64,000 nucleotides of DNA from Octopus vulgaris (GCA_951406725.2 OX597838.1:9424001-9488000); one strand, 5' to 3'. Shown: positions 13,195 through 27,430, counted from the stretch's first letter. Program-made: numbers and translations. Notes: generated from the sequence alone by a model not told the origin.

Positions 13195-13311
13195 CATACT
13201 TTTGTATTTAGTTGACATTTCCTTCACAGTTTTTAAATCAGATACTCTTTTAGGCATTGAATTGATGAGTAGTGTGATTGTCTCTTGTAGAATTTCTGCC
13301 CACTTTTCACG

Positions 13312-13316
<5 letters not shown>
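13195..13316 (-). pseudogene. Tc1 transposase C-terminal fragment
   Basis: LLREKWAEILQETITLLINSMPKRVSDLKTVKEMSTKY matches the Tc1 C-terminal W..I....I..L..SMP.R......KG..TKY pattern. Confidence 0.75.
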
Positions 13317-13388
<72 letters not shown>

Positions 13389-13392
<4 letters not shown>

Positions 13393-13590
13393 AGAGTTTA
13401 CGAAAAAAAACAAAAGACGAAGACAGGTGCTGTACAAAACAAACTGGCGTAGTAGTATAACGCTCAGGAATAGAAAAAAGTCTTTTACGTTTCGAGCCTA
13501 AGCTCTTCTACAGAAAGGGACAGAAAAAAACAAGGAGAGTAACAAGGAGAGAAAAAAATGTGTGTAGTAGCTAACGATCTATCATGGAGT
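13389..13590 (-). mobile_element. Penelope-terminus-like element with hammerhead fold (13482-13517, CTGTAGA core)
   Basis: Reverse complement CTTT-CTGTAGA-A-GAGC TTAG GCTC-GAA-ACGT-A-AAAG; homolog of 54-184. Confidence 0.65.
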
Positions 13591-13854
13591 GTGTGTGTGT
13601 GTATAGATATATTTTTATGTCCATCCAGGTATATATATGTATATATATTCGTTTATGCTATTGCGTTCTGTTTCATGTTTATGCCAATCGAAACATAGAA
13701 CATTGGCTTCGTGCATAGATGTGTGCGTGTACGAGTGTCTGTGAATCTCCGAACGAATGTTTTTCTTCATATAAAACGCGGTTGTTTCGCTAAATCTCAG
13801 CAAATTTGTAATTATGATGTTTGCTATATCCCATAATTCTTTTATATGTGCCAG

Positions 13855-13899
<45 letters not shown>

Positions 13900-14157
13900 G
13901 CACATACAAACTCACGCACGCACATATATATATATGTAAAGAAAGAGAGAGAGAGAGAGAAAGAAAGAGAGTAAGAAAGAGATATACATATTTGTATGTG
14001 TGTATGTGCATATGTGTATATATATATTTTTTTCTAGTAGGGACGTCAGAGTGTTGTATACGTATGTACATGTATGTGTATATGTATACTACAATCATAC
14101 GCACCTACTCCAAAAAATATATACATACGTAAATACATAAACTCAGACACACGCACA

Positions 14158-14208
<51 letters not shown>

Positions 14209-14645
14209 TCTGTGTGTGTGTGTAATTATGTATGTAGGTAAATACTTAGCTATTTATACATATATATGCATATTTTTGTGCGCACGAGTGCGTGTACAGG
14301 TCTGATGGCTGTTGAATCCAGGAATTACCGACCAACGATGTTACACGGAAACAGATAAATCATTTTAAGTGTATAAACACAACCGCAGACACAGACATAT
14401 TTTTATATGTGTACGTATGCATGTATGCATAAGCGTGATCATATAGACTTATAGAAATGTATGTAAATATGTATGTACATATATATATGTGTACATGAAT
14501 ATTACATATATACTTACTTATATATGAACAAATATATGCACTCGCCTATAAAACTACACTGATGCATATTCATATGTGATATTTACGTAACTACAGAGTC
14601 CACCATGATTTCGAGAACGTCTTCGGTTTATGTATGCATATGTAT

Positions 14646-14793
<148 letters not shown>

Positions 14794-14938
14794 GTAGGTA
14801 AGTAGACAGAAAGATAGATAGATAAAGAGAGAGAGGGGGAATGAAGGTGTATATATATATGTGTGTGTGTGTATATATATATATATATGTATATATATGC
14901 ATATATATATATGTGTGTGTGTGTGTGTGTAGATATAT

Positions 14939-14971
<33 letters not shown>

Positions 14972-14985
14972 TATACATATATTTA

Positions 14986-15075
<90 letters not shown>

Positions 15076-15599
15076 TGCATGTATGCTTGTATATCCGAAC
15101 GTATGTGCGTATAAACATATATATAAACATTACACACACACAAACACACACACACACACACATATAATGAAATACGTTATATACACACATATACATCCAT
15201 AATCTGTAGATTACATCTTTAATGTCGGTACAAAATGACAAAGCACCACCCTGGGCTGAATTAACCGTTGATTCCATTTGTCTTAGCAAATGTCATAATA
15301 TTTCTGCCATGAGATGATGCTTTCCTTTATTTCATATTTATTACGCCATCTTCTCCTTGCATTGGTTTCCAGCAATACATACGTACAAACATATATATGT
15401 GTGTGTATATATATTTGTATGTATATATATTTGTATGTATGTATGTATGTATGTATGTATGTATGTATGTATGTATGTATACACATATATATACATACAT
15501 ATGCACATACATGTATACACAGATGTGTATATATAGATATATAGATATATAGATATATATATATAAGATGTGTATATATAGATATCCATACATGTGTAT

Positions 15600-15671
<72 letters not shown>

Positions 15672-15763
15672 ATGTATGCGTAGAAGTAAGATCCAAGGAT
15701 CAACGTGTAGGAAGTTAGTGAGCTTCAAGCAATCCATAGAAGATATATAGGAAAATATGCTTT

Positions 15764-15807
<44 letters not shown>

Positions 15808-15833
15808 TATGTGTGTGTATAGATTTATATGTA

Positions 15834-15885
<52 letters not shown>

Positions 15886-15969
15886 GCAACATCAGATCCC
15901 AAAACCTGTTGGTTTTAAGGCCTCTCTAGCGAATGACCTCTCTAAAATACGGAGAAGGAAAGGATCCCG

Positions 15970-16215
15970 ACATTTTATTTCACTTTGCTGCAGTTCACTC
16001 AGCTGTAGAAATGAGCTATGATGTCAGTGGTGCCAAGCTGTATTGGCCCCTTTGCTTTTCCCTTGGATAACATTTGTGGCATGGAGAGGAAGGTTGTATG
16101 CATGGGCGACTGCTGGTCGTCCATAAACAATCTTGCCCGGACTTGTGCCTTGCAGGGTAACTTTCTAGGTGCAATCCCATAGTCAGTTATGACGGAAGGG
16201 GGTCCCATGGTTGGC
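15970..16215 (+). mobile_element. SINE-like family C fragment
   Basis: Second copy of 12465-12725. Confidence 0.7.
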
Positions 16216-17068
16216 AATATATACTCCTACGTTGATTCTTTACCCTTCCGTGCTACATTATGTCCCAAGTTTGGATCCAAAGGTTTGTTTGGATATACAG
16301 GTTCCCATTACATCCCTATATCCCTACAGGCCTGTAAGACCCGCATTGACCTTCCATGTCCTAGAAGCTTCTTTGTCTCCCTATATCGCCAATTCGTCTC
16401 GTAACCCCTTCTGTAATTCTAAATGTTCCCGCGTTGGCTCTGTGACTTCCCACAGCTCAAATTGTTACCCCTACTTTTTGATCCTCCAGGCTGCCTTGTC
16501 TCTACATGTTCCCACGTTGGCGGGTGGTTCATTTCCTGCAAAGCCGTCTTAAAAATCTCCACGCTTAATTATGAAAACAAAATCATTATTAATGTTACTG
16601 ATCAGCTTCGACATTAAAACTTAAGGATTAACAAAACTGGTTAATCAAGCGGTTCAACAAATGCAATGAAGTTTAAAATAAAAACAAAATATAAAAACAT
16701 ATTTTCGTAAAAAAATTATACATAATCAATGACATCAACAACAATAACAACTAGGAAATTTAATTAATTAATTAATTACAATAATAACAAACGGGAATTA
16801 TAATCTACTAAAGCAATCAGCTGGCGAAACGAAAATAAACTTAATAAGTAGGGGAGAATTATTTCCAGGATTTTATTTAAAATATTTCGGTTGAATCGAT
16901 CACTGCTGGCTTTCCCATCCCATCACCTTTAAATGTCTATGGCATTGTGCCTCGCTTAAAAAAATCAATGGTTTATTTTTTCTTTTCAGAATTTGCGGCA
17001 TTTATTTATATTCTTTTATGGTCTGAGTTCAAATCGAACCAAGATAAAAAAATTTATCGTCAATAGTA

Positions 17069-17235
17069 GGCGCAGGAGTGGCTGTGTGGTAAGTAGCTTG
17101 CTAACCAACCACATGTTTTTCCGGGTTCAGTCCCACTGCGTGGCACCTTGGGCAGGTGTCTTCTACTATAGCCTCGGGCCGACCAAAGCCTTGTGAGTGG
17201 ATTTGGTAGACGGAAACTGAAAGAAGCCCGTCGTA

Positions 17236-17301
<66 letters not shown>

Positions 17302-17521
17302 TGTGTGTGTTTGTGTGTCAGTGTTTGTCCCCTTAGTATTGCTTGACAACCGATGCTGGTGTGTTTACGTCCCCGTTACTTAGCGGTTCGGCAAAAGAGA
17401 CCGATAGAATAAGTATTGGGCTTACAAAAGAATAAGTCCCGGGGTCGAGTTGCTCGATTAAAGGCGGTGCTCCGGCATGGCCGCAGTCAAATGACTGAAA
17501 CAAGTAAAAGAGTAAAAGAGT
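17069..17521 (+). mobile_element. SINE family A, full length, internal (TA)n
   Basis: tRNA-like head ggcgcaggagtggctgtgtggtaag...gggttcagtccc, internal microsatellite, tail (gtaaaaga)n. Confidence 0.9.
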
Positions 17522-17573
17522 AGGGCCAAGACGAAAAAATACATACTCCTTACATTTTACTCTCTCTTTTACT

Positions 17574-17782
17574 TGGCGAGCTGGCAGAGTCGGTATGACG
17601 TAAGGCGAAATGCTTAGCCGCATTCCCTCCGTCGTCACGTTCTTAGTTCAAATTCGACCGATGTCGACTTTACCTTCCATCCTTTCTAGGTCGATAAAGT
17701 AAGTACCTGTGGAACACTGGGGTCGATGTAATAGACTTACCCCTCCACCGAAATTGATGGTGTTGTGGTAAAATTTGAAATC
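17574..17782 (+). mobile_element. SINE family B (diverged)
   Basis: tggcgagctggcagagtcg...gttcaaattc..gtcgacttt..ctggggtcgatgtaat. Confidence 0.75.
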
Positions 17783-17939
17783 CCTATTTAGACTATCCTA
17801 TCAATTATTGAATGAAACCTCCCTCTCGGGTTGTTCAAAATCTATTTTTGCTCATTGCTCTTAAATTTTGAGCACTCAATAGAGGGAGTTTTTGGCTACG
17901 AGCGGCAGAGATAATCTGGATTAGTGGCAGTAAAGGGTT

Positions 17940-17973
17940 GTGATAGTGGTAATAGTGATGGTGCAGATGATGG

Positions 17974-18010
<37 letters not shown>

Positions 18011-18670
18011 GAAAGTGACTGTGGTGATGGTGGTGAGGGATAGGAGAGCAGTGGTGATGGCGCTGGTAATAGTGATCGTTGTGGTGACGTTGATGATGAT
18101 GATGCTGGTGCTGGTGCTGGTGCTGGTGGTTGTGGTAGTCGATGATAATGAAGGTGGTGGTGGTGATGGTGGTGGTGGTGGTGGTGGTGGTGGTGGTGGT
18201 GGTGGTGGTGGTGGTGGTGGTGGTGGTGGTGGTGGTGGTGGTGGTGGGTGGTGGTGATGGTGGTGGTGGTGGTGGTGGTGGTGGTGGTGGTGGTGGTGGT
18301 GGTGGTGGTGGTGGTGGTGGCGGTGGTGGTGGTGGCAGTGGTGGTGGTGGTGGTGGCGGCGGTGGCAGTGGTGATGGTGGTGGTGGGTGGTGGTGGTGGT
18401 GGTGGTGGTGGTGGGTGGTGGTGGTGGTGGTGGTGGTGGTGGTGGTGGCGGTGGTGGCGATGGTGGTGGTGGTGATGGTAGCAGTGGTGGTGGTGGTGGT
18501 GGTGGTGGCTGTGGTGGTGGTGGTGGTGGTGGTGGTGGTGGCAGTGGTGGTGGTGGTGGTGGTGGTGGTGGCTTTCATCAAGATGGTGGCGGCTGGGATA
18601 ATGGTAATGGTGGTAATTGGTGGTGGTGGTGGTGGTGGTGGTGGTGGTGGTAGTGTGGTTGTGGTGGAAT
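17940..18670. repeat. (GGT)n/(GAT)n trinucleotide tract
   Basis: Read directly; gives spurious poly-G/V/H/T/P ORFs in all frames. Confidence 0.95.
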
Positions 18671-18851
18671 GGCGGGAAGTCATTTGACAGATTAATTCGT
18701 GGTATCCAGAGTTTAATGAGGTGCAACAGGTTGGAATGTCTGAAGCATTAAAAGTAATATGAACGGGAATTACTAATTCATACTGGCACAAATATCAAAC
18801 ACAGCCATATTCACGCGCATACACGCACCCACGCGCATATACGCGCACCCA

Positions 18852-19234
18852 TGGAGGCGCAATGGCCCAGTGGTTAGGGCAGCGGACTCGCGGTCATAGG
18901 ATCGCGGTTTCGATTCCCAGACCGGGCATTGTGAGTGTTTATTGAGCGAAAACACCTAAAGCTCCACGAGGCTCCGGCAGGGGATGGTGATGATCCCTGC
19001 TGTACTCTTTCACCACAACTTTCTCTCACTCTTACTTCCTGTTTCTGTTGTACCTGTATTTCAAAGGGCCGGCCTTGTCACTCTCTGTGTCACGCTGAAT
19101 ATCCCCGAGAACTACGTTAAGGGTACACGTGTCTGTGGAATGCTCAGCCACTTACACGTTAATTTCACGAGCAGGCTGTTCCGTTGATTCGGATCAACCG
19201 GAACCCTCGTCGTCGTAACCGACAGAGTGCTTCC
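18852..19234 (+). mobile_element. tRNA(Arg)-like SINE family D, full length
   Basis: Head ggaggcgcaatggcccagtggttagggcagcggactcgcgg...ggtttcgattccc; 13-bp flanking duplication atacgcgcaccca at 18839-18851 and 19235-19247 (in a repetitive context). Confidence 0.85.
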
Positions 19235-19319
19235 ATACGCGCACCCACGCGCACATACACGTACCCACGCGCACATATGTAGTTTATACTCACTTCTCTG
19301 TTCCCTCTCTGTGTATAGA

Positions 19320-19700
19320 GAGGAGTGGCTGAGTGGTAAGTAGCTTCCTTACTAACTACATGGTCCCGGGGTCAGTCCCACTGCATGACACCTTGAGCAA
19401 GTGTCTTCTACTATAGCCTCGGGCCGACCAAAGCCTTGTGAGTGGATTTGCTAGACGGAAACTGAAAGAAGCCCGTCGTATATATGCATATATATATATG
19501 TATATGTTTGTGTGTCTGTGTTTGTAGCCCAACCACCTCTTGAAAAAGATGTTGGTGTGTTTACATCTCCGTAACTTAGAGGCTCGGCAAAAGAGAAAGA
19601 TAGAATAAGTACTAAGCTTACAAAGAATAAGTCCTGGGGTCTATTTGTTCGACTAAAGGCGGTGCTCCAGCATGGCCGCAGCCAAATGACTAAAACAAAT
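19320..19700 (+). mobile_element. SINE family A
   Basis: Colinear with 17069-17521. Confidence 0.85.
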
Positions 19701-19876
19701 AATAATATATATATATATATATATACATATAGACACGCACGTACATATGAATGTATTTGTGTAGAATTCCTCTTTCTCCTTTTTACTTGGCCATCGCTCT
19801 ATCAATCGATATGTGTGTATGTGTACACACACACACACATATATGTATACACATGTGTGTGTATTCGTTTATTCTA

Positions 19877-20070
19877 TTATTTGTTTCAGTCATTTGACTG
19901 CGGCCATGCTGGAGCACCGCCTTTAGTCGAACAAAAAATCGATCCCAGGACTTATTCTTTGTAAGCCTAATACTTATTCTGTCGGTTTCTTTTGCCGAAC
20001 CGCTAAGTTACGGGGACGTAAAGACACCAACATTGATGGTCAAGTGATGGTGGTGGGGGGACAAACACAG
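19877..20070 (-). mobile_element. SINE family A, 3' half
   Basis: catttgactgcggccatgctggagcaccgcc...gccgaaccgctaag...gacaaacac. Confidence 0.8.
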
Positions 20071-20096
20071 TTCAAGATGGGGGAAAAGAAAGAGAA

Positions 20097-20132
20097 GTTG
20101 TGACGTTTCGAGCATGGCTCTTCGTCAGAAAG
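20097..20132 (-). ncRNA. hammerhead fold, canonical CTGACGA core, weak stem I
   Basis: Reverse complement cttt-CTGACGA-A-GAGC CAT GCTC-GAA-ACGT-C-acaa; GUC triplet. Confidence 0.55.
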
Positions 20133-20387
20133 AAGAAAGAGGTGAAAGTCCGGAGAGAGAGAGAAAAGAATAGTCCGAGAAAAACTTGTGTACCGTTACA
20201 TGACTACATGCATACACACACTAACAAACACACCCGCGCACACACACACACACAACACACACACTCACGCACACACACACGCGCACACATATATTTATAC
20301 CGAGAGAGAGAGAGAAACTCAGAGATTTATAGGTTTCATCGTTCTCTCGTGCATCAATGGATTTATTGATTACTTTGTTGTTGTTGT

Positions 20388-20444
<57 letters not shown>

Positions 20445-20477
20445 CGACGATGATGATGATGATGATGATGATGTTGA

Positions 20478-20509
<32 letters not shown>

Positions 20510-20608
20510 ATGATGATGATGATGATGATGGTGATGGTGATGATGATGATGATGATGATGATGGTGACAATGATGATGATGATGGTGATGGTGGTGGTGG
20601 TGATGATA

Positions 20609-20640
<32 letters not shown>

Positions 20641-20659
20641 GATGGTAATGATGATGATG

Positions 20660-20724
<65 letters not shown>

Positions 20725-20778
20725 GATGATGATGGTGATGGTGATGATGATGACAATCATGATGATGATGATGACAAC

Positions 20779-20875
<97 letters not shown>

Positions 20876-20930
20876 GTGCTGACATTGATGGTGATAACGA
20901 CAAAGACGGGGATGATGACAAGTATGATGG
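20388..20930. repeat. (GAT)n tract with GGT interruptions
   Basis: Read directly. Confidence 0.95.
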
Positions 20931-21199
20931 AACTGTCCTCAGATAATTAGTTCTTTCATCTTTTTTTTAGTTTTTTCTTTCATTTTTGTCGTTGTTGTTG
21001 TATTCTTCCCTTTTCTCCATCAACAAACTACTTATCAACGACGCTTGCAAATATCATCAAATCCGCCTCAGATTCACGCAAATTTCTTTCAGTCCCCAAA
21101 ACTGAACACGTTACCCTGTATCTTCAGAATTATGTAAACACCGTCGACGAAGGTGAACGACCGATGCTTTAGATAACAGTGAATCACAACTGGGACTTT

Positions 21200-21349
21200 G
21201 ATGTGTGTATGTATGTATGTATGTATGTATGTATGTATGTATGTATGTATGTATGTATGTAGGTATGTAGGTATGTATGTATGTATGTATGTATGTGTGT
21301 GTGTATGTATGTATGTATGTATGTATGTATGTACGTATGTATGTATGTA

Positions 21350-21380
<31 letters not shown>

Positions 21381-21393
21381 ATGTATGTATGTA

Positions 21394-21424
<31 letters not shown>

Positions 21425-21755
21425 ATGTATGTATATATGTATGTATGTATGTACGTAGGTTTGTATGTATGTATGTATGTATGTGTGTGTGTATGCATGT
21501 ATGTATTTATGTATGTATGTATTTATGTATGTATGTATTTATGTATGTATGTATGTATGTATGTATGTGTGTATGTATGTATGTATGAATGTATGTATGT
21601 ATGTGTGTATGTGTGTTTGTATGCATGCATGTATGTATGTATGTATGTATGTAATGTATGTTGTGTATGTATGTATGTATTTAATGTATGTATTATGTAA
21701 TGTATGTATGTATGTATGTATGTATGTATGTATGTATGTATGTATGTATGTATCT
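21200..21755. repeat. (TATG)n tetranucleotide tract
   Basis: Read directly. Confidence 0.95.
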
Positions 21756-22079
21756 GTGTCACAGTCACCCGTAGTGTCCTTAGCGGAAGCGTATCTCTCT
21801 CTTTTATGCCAAACTAAACGAAAAGAAAAATATCTGCCCCTTCCTTATCTCAGAAAATAGTTCTGGCATGCTTCTCGGTAGAATTGATTTATTAACCAAT
21901 TTTACACCACAACCAAACTGGACCTTGGCTGCTATCAGTGGATCTATCTCTGTAAGAATTATTCGGACCAGACTACACCAGGCTAGGTTTGTTGTCTGTG
22001 AATATTTTCCTCTCACCAACCACAACGTCCCAGAGCACCGACGTTTCTCCCTTGAGTTACTTATTATATACAACACAGA

Positions 22080-22425
22080 GTCGTCATCATGTGTAGAGTC
22101 AACCAGGTCCACCAGTGCTCTCTGTCGCTGGCGGTTTAGTGCTAGCCCCTCTGCGAACTCCGAGGTGACGTCAAGCCTCTGGAAATCTTCGTCAATCACG
22201 TCCAGCAATCTGGTGCGGGGTCTGCCACGAGGCCTCTTCCAGTCCGCAGCTGTTGTGTCGAATGAGAGCAACAAAACCCTGGGGGGATGGTCTGACGTGA
22301 GACAGAAGGTATGTCTGGATTAGTGCATGTGGTGGTTAGCAATGAGTTGGAAGGTTGCGGCCTGATGCTTGTGTGCACGCATTCTTTGTTAGAAACATGA
22401 TGGTTTCTATGGCATCTAAACTAGG
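22080..22425 (-). mobile_element. RTE-clade LINE 3' fragment
   Basis: WKRPRGRPRTRLLDVIDEDFQRL...LALNRQRQRALV matches the RTE ORF C-terminus (R.RGRP..RW.D....D......A.DR..WR). Confidence 0.75.
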
Positions 22426-22929
22426 AACCCTATTTAGCTACGTATGTTCCTCCGAGTGAGAGCCTTAGTGAAGTGAGTACCGTATACGGGTGAATCTTTC
22501 TCATCAAGGAAACCCGTCGGTAAAGTAAGTACCAGTTGAGTACAGGTACTTACTTTAACCACAAGGGGCGATATAGCAGACGTTTTCATTTGGTTATTTT
22601 GAGACTGAAGCAGGGCAGGACGATCAGTCCTCGTCATTTTATGTCAGTAACGTCGTTGACCAGTACTTTTACCTGACCGCTAAGGGATAATTTCCTTCCA
22701 GTCAATCTTTAGACGAGCCTGACCACTTTGGTCATAGCATCATCACATTTCTATTTATCTAGAGTTATAAGAAGCTAACTAAACCGGTCCATTGAGAGCT
22801 GAATACTGTGTATTTGGATGAGTCATGCATTGAATGGCAACATGTCACAAACTGCTGACATCAACTCGTTTTTCCGTGACCTTCATTCTGAGTGAGATCT
22901 TTGTAACAATAACACTAATGATGATGATG

Positions 22930-23009
<80 letters not shown>

Positions 23010-23372
23010 TTTGGCAGAAGGCCAGCAATTTCAGGGGACGGGTAAGTTGATTAGATCGACCCCCAGTACTCAACTGGTATTCGTTTTATCGACTCCGAAA
23101 GGATGAAATGCAAAGTCGTCCTCATCCTTGAAAACAAACAATACCTATTTCTTTATTACCCACAAGGGGCTAAACATAGAAGGGACAAAGACAGACATAG
23201 GTATTAAGTCGATTACATCGGCCCCAGTGCGTAACTGGTACTTAACTTTATCGACCCCGAAATATGAAAGACAAAGTCGACCTCGGCGGAATTTGAACTC
23301 AGAACGTAGCGGCAGACGAAATACGGCTACGGATTTCGCCCGGCGTGCTAACGTTTCTGCCAGCTCGCCGCC
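23010..23372 (-). mobile_element. SINE family B (head + unit + degenerate second unit)
   Basis: Head gtttctgccagctcgccgcc near 23353-23372; unit junction aatacctatttcttt near 23140. Confidence 0.8.
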
Positions 23373-23961
23373 TTCATGTTTACCAGTTATATGTTGGGTC
23401 ACCTGTTTGTTTTCAAGGATGAAAAAAAAAAAACAGGCGAAGTTAAGTTCTGTGGTATGTGTGAGTGGGAAAGATTTTAAGAGGGGACGGAATTAAATGC
23501 GATCAGACATCTCAGTCTGGAGCTGTCATTAAGCATGTTTCAACAAGTTGGCTTATGTAGTAAAATAAACAAACGACTTGAGACAGATAAGAGGGCATTG
23601 GTTAAGTGGCGGTCAGTGGGGTGGGGTGATTTATTGATTTCTAACATTGGAACAAAGCCACTGCCGGAGTTGGGAGAAGGGGGCGACGAAGACGTATTGC
23701 CGAGACGCCTTCTACGCGAAACATCACATTCAGTTCATGACGGATCTCGTAGGCATGTGCGTGCGTATGCCACCACTCTCTCACTTTTTCTCTCTCACTC
23801 TCTCGTGTGTATGTGTGTATGTGTGTGTGTGTGCATATGTAGATGTGTATGTGTGTGTATGTGTGTGTGCATGCGTGTGTGTACATTTACATAATCAGCA
23901 ACGTGAACACACTGGGGTATATAATTTTATATATTGAATACTATTCATTTCTAAACACGTG

Positions 23962-24044
<83 letters not shown>

Positions 24045-24159
24045 CCTTATGTATATGTGTACATATCTAATATTGTATGTATATATTTTATTAATTTGCC
24101 TATGCGGCTAATAATTCGCTTACCACTTGTGATGGTATTTTAATAATACCGTCCCTATA

Positions 24160-24223
<64 letters not shown>

Positions 24224-24398
24224 CATACACACACACAATATGAAATAGAAGGAACGCTGGTGTAATATACGTTATCAACCACATATACTCATTGTGCACG
24301 GTGCGTGTATTTGCCGATAGGCTGCGATATGGCGCGGTGGAGAATACTCTCTCAAATCGCCGGCTGGTAAAACAACTGAAAGTTATAGACAGGCGAGA

Positions 24399-24733
24399 TA
24401 ACTCACCTCTAATCCCCTCCAGGAGTGATGAACATCGATGTTTCGCCAGTTTTATGGCTTACCAACACCTAACCAACAGGGACGGAGAGGAATCATATCG
24501 CCAGTCCACGTTATATATATACCACGTTATATATATATATATATATATGACCTTTCAAAATGTGACCTCGTGTGTACCGTTCTCTGGATCTTTCCTTCTC
24601 CTATGTTTCCGACGAAGAGCTCTGCTCGAAACGTTAATCCCTCCTTCTTTCCTTCTTTCCTGAGCGTCCAATAATACTATATTTGTTCCACGTCCTCGCG
24701 TTGTTGTGTTTTTTTGTGCTTTCTTGTTTGGAT

Positions 24734-24769
<36 letters not shown>

Positions 24770-24860
24770 ACGGCCCGGGGCTATAAGTCGTTGATAACCC
24801 GTAACAAAAATGGCGAAACATCGATGTCCATCATTTCTAGATAGTATTAGAGGTTAGTTA
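24399..24860. mobile_element. inverted pair of hammerhead-bearing arms (U3-A8 core) enclosing a second element
   Basis: taactcacctctaat...gatgaacatcgatgtttcgcca (24399-24448) mirrors tggcgaaacatcgatgtccatc...attagaggttagtta (24811-24860). Confidence 0.7.
24555..24738 (+). mobile_element. Penelope-terminus-like element with hammerhead (24605-24639, CCGACGA core)
   Basis: gttt-ccgacga-a-gagc tct gctc-gaa-acgt-t-aatc; near-identical to 32190-32353; flanked by (TA)n. Confidence 0.75.
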
Positions 24861-24888
24861 CTACTACTAGTGCTACTACTGATACTAT

Positions 24889-24938
<50 letters not shown>

Positions 24939-25583
24939 TCCTGAAAATGTCTCAAAATTTATGGAATGCACCTGGTAAGTGCTGCGATCGATATAAGTGT
25001 CTAAAAACTCAATTACTTGAAATCGTTGCCCCAGCATGACCGCAGTCCAATGACGGAACCCAGTAACAGAATAAACGAAGACACCCCTGTAATACCATCA
25101 CCTCGCCAGCATCAATACCACAAGTAGTAGAAGTAGTAGTAGTAGTAGTACTACTACTACTACTACTTCTACTACTACTACCACAAACACCACCACCACC
25201 GCTACTATTAATATTACTACTAACACTCACTATTACTTATTACTTACTATCACCACCACTGTTCTACAACCACTACCACTAATATTACTGCTACTTCTGC
25301 TACTACTACTACTATTACTACTACTGCTACAATGCTCCACTTATTACCAACACTACTATCGTCAGTCACCACTACCTCCTCCACCATCACCACTAACAAT
25401 ACCATGTCTACTATTGCTACTGAGTGACTTAGCATATAAATATATACACAGAAATATATATATACACATACATACATACATATATATATATATACATGCA
25501 TACATGTATATATATATTATATACATGCATGTATATATATGCACATATGCATATGTATATATATACATGCATATATATATATG

Positions 25584-25632
<49 letters not shown>

Positions 25633-25768
25633 CATACATATATATATATATTCATACATACATACATACATACATACACACATACATACATACATACACA
25701 CATATATATATACACACACACAGACACATATATATTATACATATAGACACATACACACACACACGCAC

Positions 25769-25810
<42 letters not shown>

Positions 25811-25874
25811 TATACATATATATAACATATATATATATATATACATATATATATCTATACATATATATATATAC

Positions 25875-25931
<57 letters not shown>

Positions 25932-25944
25932 TATATACATATAT

Positions 25945-26014
<70 letters not shown>

Positions 26015-26824
26015 ATATATCTGATGGAATTTACGTTAAAACCAGACACGTTAATTGAAGATGATTAAGTCGAGTTTATTATCAACAAGAAGATTGTCTC
26101 TTCTTGTTATCTTTCCTCCTCTTATTCTTTATTAGCTTACCTTTTTATTTTTTTTTTCTGTCCTTTCTTAATTTCATTCTTTATCTCCTTACTGTTATTT
26201 TTTTTTCCTTTAATTATATTATTTATTACTTTATTTTGATAATTGTTTTTTTTTTCCTAATAATATATTTATTGCCTTATTTTATCATCAAAAGTTAATC
26301 GCACTGCTTTCGTTTGTTGTCTTCTTGTTTCTTAAACCTTGTGGCAAATAAAGACAAAAAACATATGGTTATTATCATAATTGCCAATATGTATACTAAC
26401 AACGGCCGGCTTACAGAAATTTTCGCACGTTCTGAGTTCAAATCGCGCCGAGGTTGATTTTGCCTTTCGTCCTTACTGAGTCAATCAAATAAATGCCAAC
26501 TGAGCTACCATTCCCCGCTCAAAATTGCTGGCCTTGGGCCAAAATTTTAAAATCATTATTATTCCCTACCAGTGTTGTAATGCCCGGATACACCAGCTTT
26601 CTATTCGATATTTATCTTGGCTTGTGACAGATTTTCTAACTAGCTACTTCGCTTGTTGCAAGATCAGTGACTGTTTCTCACTTATTTCTCTATATATTGC
26701 AAGATGGAACGGATTACTGCTGTCTTTAGCGGATGGGAGTCCACCGCCGAGGATGAGCACAAATAGCTCGAAACTCTACAGTCTGGTGGTCCCGTCGTCA
26801 GCTAGAAGATGGTAAGGGTTCGCT

Positions 26825-26952
26825 CCCCTGCTTGCAATATATATCGGGTGCAGATTGCATCGATAACCAGCTGGAGTAGGCTTCTGCTGGGGTTAAAAAT
26901 GGTAGAAACGTCGGTTCCTACGGAATAGCCATATTGAAGTGGCGATAAACCT
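26825..26952 (+). repeat. dispersed repeat family E (copies also at 50073-50204 and 51213-51335)
   Basis: Shared atcgRgtgcaRaNtgca..ataaccagctg.....ggttNaaa..tg...gttNaaRtggNgaYaa blocks in three places. Confidence 0.65.
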
Positions 26953-27382
26953 TAATTCCTTAATCCTCAACTAAAAACCCATCCCTAATTTCACCTCAAT
27001 CAAAATAGCCTCTTTGGATATAATTTCTCATTATCCACGCATCCAAATTGAAAACTCTATCACAGAATTAGCTTCCACCAAATAATACATTTAATTCTAT
27101 TAAAATATTTAAACGTATTAGTCGAGCTTAGGGCTGAAACGTATAAAAGAATAATTATTCCTTTCGAATTTTCTCAGAAGTATTTTCTTCTAATTTTGAT
27201 TTCAGTGGCAAAGCTCCTTTAACTTAGATTACATTATGCCGTTCTTTTATATTTTTAATTTATTTTTTGGCTCGATTTTCCCAAATTGTACTTCGATTAG
27301 TTTCAATGGGAAATAATAGGAAGATCTCTGTCCGCCGACTGGTCGCTTGCTGTGGTGGAAATCACAGTAAAAAAAGAGAGAG

Positions 27383-27430
<48 letters not shown>

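Noticed and set aside
18853-18925. Possible tRNA-Arg gene
   Set aside because: It continues into a SINE body with a flanking duplication and has a second copy with a different tail, so it is a SINE head.
20188-20946. 252-aa poly-Asp ORF resembling an acidic biomineralisation protein
   Set aside because: Pure (GAT)n expansion, also open as poly-Met and poly-Ile/Ser; no signal peptide or unique sequence. The same applies to 36851-37723.
27118-27150. gagcttagggctgaaacgta, resembling a hammerhead 3' half
   Set aside because: No recognisable core or stem I upstream.
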